DNA of 64,000 nucleotides, from the NCBI GenBank assembly GCA_030602615.1, contig JAUVZM010000001.1, forward strand, positions 73,720-137,719, given 5' to 3'. Of the stretch, positions 60,662-64,000 are shown piece by piece; position 1 is the first letter of the stretch; each line of letters begins with the position of its first letter. The position numbers and the translations under genes are program-made. A model generated the notes under the pieces. The model had not been told where the DNA came from. It saw only the letters and a program-made list of their open reading frames with translations, and did no database searches. This DNA comes from a bacterium. GTDB lineage: Bacteria > Armatimonadota > Zipacnadia > Zipacnadales > Zipacnadaceae.

Positions 60662-61879
60662 CTATGGTTCATCCTGCTCAACAGCACTAATCAGATGCCC
60701 CATCTTCTCTTTTTTGGTCTGGAGATACTTTTCATTATACTCGGTAGGGCGAGACTCCAGCGGTACCCGTTCGACCACCCGCAGACCGTAGCCTTCCATA
60801 GCGGCATACTTCTGCGGATTATTCGTCATCAGCCGCATCTCGGTAATGCCCAGGTCAGCCAGCACCTGCGCGCCAATACCGTACTCCCGCATATCGGCCG
60901 GAAAGCCGAGTGCTTCGTTAGCCTCCACCGTATCGTAGCCTTCCTCCTGAAGGTGGTAGGCCTTAATCTTGTTGGCCAGGCCGATGCCGCGCCCCTCCTG
61001 GCTGGCGACGTACACCACCACGCCGCAGCCTTCGTCTTCAATCTTCCCGAGCGCTGCCGCTAACTGCCAGCCACAGTCACAACGCAGCGAGCCCAGCACA
61101 TCACTGGTAACACAGCCCGAGTGAACTCGCACCAGCGGCGCCCGTTCGTAACTGGCTAGATCGCCCTTAATGACTGCCAGATAGTCGGTGCTGTCCAGTA
61201 GCGAGGTATAGATAACCACATGAAAGTTACCGTATTTACTGGGCAGCTCGGCCTCCGCCTTCCTCTCAATAAGCTTTTCGGTCCGCCGGCGATACTCAAT
61301 CAGATCAACAATCGTAACCAGCCCGATGCCGTGGACTCGACTGAACTGGGCAAGTTGGGTCATATCTGCCGCCTGGCCCTGCTCGTCCAGGATCGTTGAT
61401 ATCACTCCGGCTGGATACAGCCCCGCCATAAGGGCCAGATCAACCGCTGCCTCGGTGTGCCCGGTACGCCGCAGCACTCCTCCGTCGGCGGCACGAATGG
61501 GGGAGATGTGGCCGGGGCGGACCAGATCCTCCGGCCCTGTCTTCGGGTCAGTTAGCGTAGCAATGGTAGTGGTGCGGTCGGCCGCAGAATCGCCGGTGGT
61601 AACACAGGTCTTGGCATCAACTGAGATCGTGAAGGCGGCGCGTTGGTCATCGCTAGGTTCGATGACCATCAGAGGCAGATTGAGCTGCTCCAGGCGCTCG
61701 CCGGTCATCGCCACTCCCATCAACCCGCGGGCCTGCTGCATCATAAAGTTCAGCCGCTCGGCAGTGACGTGCTCAGCGGCCAGCACCAGATCGCCGGTGC
61801 TGGGCCCCTCAGGCTGGTCCACCACGATGAGAAACTGCCCGGCTTTCATCTGCTCGATTGCTTGTTCTATGCTAATCAT
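60662..61879 (-). CDS. ribBA: Bifunctional DHBP synthase / GTP cyclohydrolase II
   Basis: 405 aa. RibB N-half (DDEDRENEGDL-like) and RibA C-half with a Zn Cys cluster (CDCGWQ). Confidence 0.9.
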   Translation of the reverse strand: MISIEQAIEQMKAGQFLIVVDQPEGPSTGDLVLAAEHVTAERLNFMMQQARGLMGVAMTGERLEQLNLPLMVIEPSDDQRAAFTISVDAKTCVTTGDSAADRTTTIATLTDPKTGPEDLVRPGHISPIRAADGGVLRRTGHTEAAVDLALMAGLYPAGVISTILDEQGQAADMTQLAQFSRVHGIGLVTIVDLIEYRRRTEKLIERKAEAELPSKYGNFHVVIYTSLLDSTDYLAVIKGDLASYERAPLVRVHSGCVTSDVLGSLRCDCGWQLAAALGKIEDEGCGVVVYVASQEGRGIGLANKIKAYHLQEEGYDTVEANEALGFPADMREYGIGAQVLADLGITEMRLMTNNPQKYAAMEGYGLRVVERVPLESRPTEYNEKYLQTKKEKMGHLISAVEQDEP

Positions 61880-61889
61880 AAGTGAACAG

Positions 61890-62537
61890 TCAGTAAAAGC
61901 CGTGCTCGGTCAGAAACTCTTTCGTAATTGTACTTTCGGGAGATTCGTCGCTCGGGTTTAGCATATTGTAGACGTATTTGGCGATGATATCAACCTCGAG
62001 ATTGACCTGAGCGCCCACGGAAAGCTGCGCCAGGTTGGTATGCTCAAGCGTATAGGGAATGATGGCTACTGAAAAACCTTCCTTAGTTACCTCGGTGACC
62101 GTCAGGCTTATTCCGTCAACGGCGATGCTGCCCTTCTCGGCGACGAACGGGCACCACGGGGCCGGCAGTGCGAAGGTGAAGTAGACAGTCTCAGCCGGAG
62201 GGTCGCGCTTTATCAGCTCGCCGACGCAGTCCACATGGCCCTGCACGAAGTGTCCGCCCATGCGCTGGCCGGTAGCGCGCGCGCGCTCCAGATTAACTGG
62301 TGTACCCGCCTGCCAGCCGGCCGCCGTGCTGCGCTGGACGGTCTCGGCACCGACGTGGAACTGGAGCCGACTGCCGGTCACCTGCTCGACAGTCAGGCAG
62401 ATGCCGTTGATGGCCACGCTGTCGCCGACCACACATTCCGCGCCAATGGTGGGTGCCTCAATCAGCAGACTCAGCTCCTCGTCGGCCGACGAGATCACTG
62501 CTACCTGGCCAACTTCTTCAATTAGTCCGGTGAACAT
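61890..62537 (-). CDS. ribE: Riboflavin synthase alpha chain
   Basis: MFTGLIEE N-terminus and duplicated lumazine-binding barrels. Confidence 0.85.
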   Translation of the reverse strand: MFTGLIEEVGQVAVISSADEELSLLIEAPTIGAECVVGDSVAINGICLTVEQVTGSRLQFHVGAETVQRSTAAGWQAGTPVNLERARATGQRMGGHFVQGHVDCVGELIKRDPPAETVYFTFALPAPWCPFVAEKGSIAVDGISLTVTEVTKEGFSVAIIPYTLEHTNLAQLSVGAQVNLEVDIIAKYVYNMLNPSDESPESTITKEFLTEHGFY

Positions 62538-63652
62538 AGGTATGCAGTCACCAGTATATCTGCGCCGATCTGCTCGACGCGATGAATACGGACACTGTGA
62601 GCATCGGAAATGTTCGCTACTTTCATCCCACTAATCGCACTGAGCGCCTGCTCGTCGCCCAGAAGCTTAGGCGCGTAGAAGAAGAGCAACTTATCAACCA
62701 ACCCCTCTTCCAACAGCCCTCCAACCAGGCGCGAGCCGCCCTCTACCAGCACTGACATAATGTCGCGGCTGCCCAGTTGGCGCATTAGCTCTCTCAGGTC
62801 TACTCTGCCCTCTTTTTCCGGCACTAAGATAATCTCCGCACCGGCCTGCTGCAATTTTGCTGTCCGCCTTTGCGCTTCATTGTCGCCTACCTCCGCCTCA
62901 GCCACCGCGATTAGGCAGGGAGCGTCACTTTCCACACCAATCACCTGGGCGGTGGGCGGCGTCTGCGCGCGGGTATCTACCACCACTCGCACTGCGTCGC
63001 GGCTGTCGGGTCGGTCTGTACGCGTGGTCAGGGCCGGGTCGTCGGCCGCCACCGTTCCCCGGCCGACCATAACTGCATCGCTGCGACCGCGCAGGATATG
63101 AACAAACTCCCGCGCTTCTTTGCCTGTTATCCACCGAGCATCGCCGCTGCGGGTGGCGATTTTGCCATCCAGTGTGCAGGCCAGTTTGACCGTTATAAAA
63201 GGGTATCCAGTGTTTTTGTGTTTGAAGAAGGCTTCATTAAGCTGGCGCGCTTCGTTTGCCAGCGGCCCAGCCAGAGTCTCAATCCCCGCAGCCGACAGTA
63301 TCTGGTCAGCGCGACCGGAGTTAGCTGGATCACAGTCTTCGCATGTATAAACCACGCGGCTGATTCCGGCGGCAATTATGGCATCGGTGCACGGGGGAGT
63401 TCTGCCCTCAGTTGAGCAGGGCTCGAGTGTGACGTACAGTTCGGCTCCCGCAGCCCGCTCGCCCGCCTCCTCGAGGGCTAAGATCTCGGCATGGGGCTGT
63501 CCTGCAGCTCGATGAAAGCCCTCTCCTACTACCTTATCACTGACAACAACCACCGCCCCGACCACGGGATTAGGGGAAGTCCGCCCCAGACCCCGCTCGG
63601 CCAGCTCTAGGGCTCGCCGCATATATTTCAAATCGCGAGCAGCGGTAGTCAC
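62522..63652 (-). CDS. ribD: Bifunctional pyrimidine deaminase / reductase
   Basis: CMP/dCMP-deaminase zinc motif HAEILAL...PCSTEG and a C-terminal RibD reductase domain. Confidence 0.9.
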   Translation of the reverse strand: MTTAARDLKYMRRALELAERGLGRTSPNPVVGAVVVVSDKVVGEGFHRAAGQPHAEILALEEAGERAAGAELYVTLEPCSTEGRTPPCTDAIIAAGISRVVYTCEDCDPANSGRADQILSAAGIETLAGPLANEARQLNEAFFKHKNTGYPFITVKLACTLDGKIATRSGDARWITGKEAREFVHILRGRSDAVMVGRGTVAADDPALTTRTDRPDSRDAVRVVVDTRAQTPPTAQVIGVESDAPCLIAVAEAEVGDNEAQRRTAKLQQAGAEIILVPEKEGRVDLRELMRQLGSRDIMSVLVEGGSRLVGGLLEEGLVDKLLFFYAPKLLGDEQALSAISGMKVANISDAHSVRIHRVEQIGADILVTAYLCSPD

Positions 63653-63942
63653 GACTCAGTCTCAATGTCCTGCTCGGTCTTATCCTGGCTCTGTTTGGCT
63701 TTCGTAAGCTCCTCTATCTCCTGGCGCATATCGGCAAGACGCTGATACAGCTCACCGCGCGCCCGCTGTTGAGCGGCCATGACCTGCCGCAAATCCAGCA
63801 GCGCCAGCACCACTACTGCAACAATCATCACAAGCCCCAGGCCGATTCCGACGGCCAGAGCTGTTGGCTCCCGGTTTTCGCTGCTCAGATAGACCTTCCC
63901 CCAGAAACCGAGCCCGATAATGCCGAGCAGCAGCACGGCCAT
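63649..63942 (-). CDS. Hypothetical TM + coiled-coil protein
   Basis: 97 aa, 2 TM then a charged helix. Overlaps the ribD start by 4 nt. Confidence 0.35.
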   Translation of the reverse strand: MAVLLLGIIGLGFWGKVYLSSENREPTALAVGIGLGLVMIVAVVVLALLDLRQVMAAQQRARGELYQRLADMRQEIEELTKAKQSQDKTEQDIETES

Positions 63943-64000
63943 GACCAGACGCAGCAGAAGCTGGCGGCCAGAGATTATCGTCTGGCCCCGGAAGTACTTG

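Noticed and set aside
63649-64000. FMN riboswitch expected upstream of the rib operon
   Set aside because: The region 5' of ribD is occupied by an overlapping small ORF, and the operon leader would lie beyond the window end. No FMN-element consensus is visible.

Overview
High-GC bacterial chromosomal window. The compact gene organisation, frequent GTG/TTG starts and a DhnA aldolase / non-pyrrolysine MttB homologue fit a Chloroflexi-like organism; this is not proven from sequence alone.

Most of the window is ordinary housekeeping sequence. It contains dnaE, hisD, a histidine-kinase / CheY-like two-component pair, an MFS transporter, a complete F1Fo ATP synthase operon (atpZ-atpI-atpBEFHAGDC), mgtE, plsC, cmk, an aromatic amino-acid block (aroA, tyrA, DAHP synthase, hisC), dinB, rsmG, parA/parB, tsaD, two aldo-keto reductases, an HtrA-like protease and the riboflavin operon ribD-ribE-ribBA-ribH.

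The accessory-looking part is 20.0-32.9 kb. It is a cluster of secreted glycan-processing genes: a DUF4380-like lipoprotein, two paralogous GH123-like (DUF4091) proteins, one of them fused to C-terminal HEAT repeats, a GH127 beta-L-arabinofuranosidase-like gene, and a PIG-L/LmbE deacetylase. These sit next to a non-Pyl MttB-family methyltransferase and a tandem GNAT acetyltransferase. A conserved promoter + 5'-leader + short uORF cassette, about 120 nt, is reused in front of three or four of these genes. I consider it the most interesting signal in the window.

Other notable items:
- A stand-alone ribosomal protein S5 homologue with an acidic C-terminal extension of about 100 aa and a structured leader.
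- A ~141-bp direct repeat (about 94 % identical) duplicating the 3' end of a YjbH/GfcD-like gene on both sides of a 4Fe-4S protein gene.
- Near-identical terminator hairpins at two distant sites.

No CRISPR array, tRNA, rRNA or transposase was recognised.
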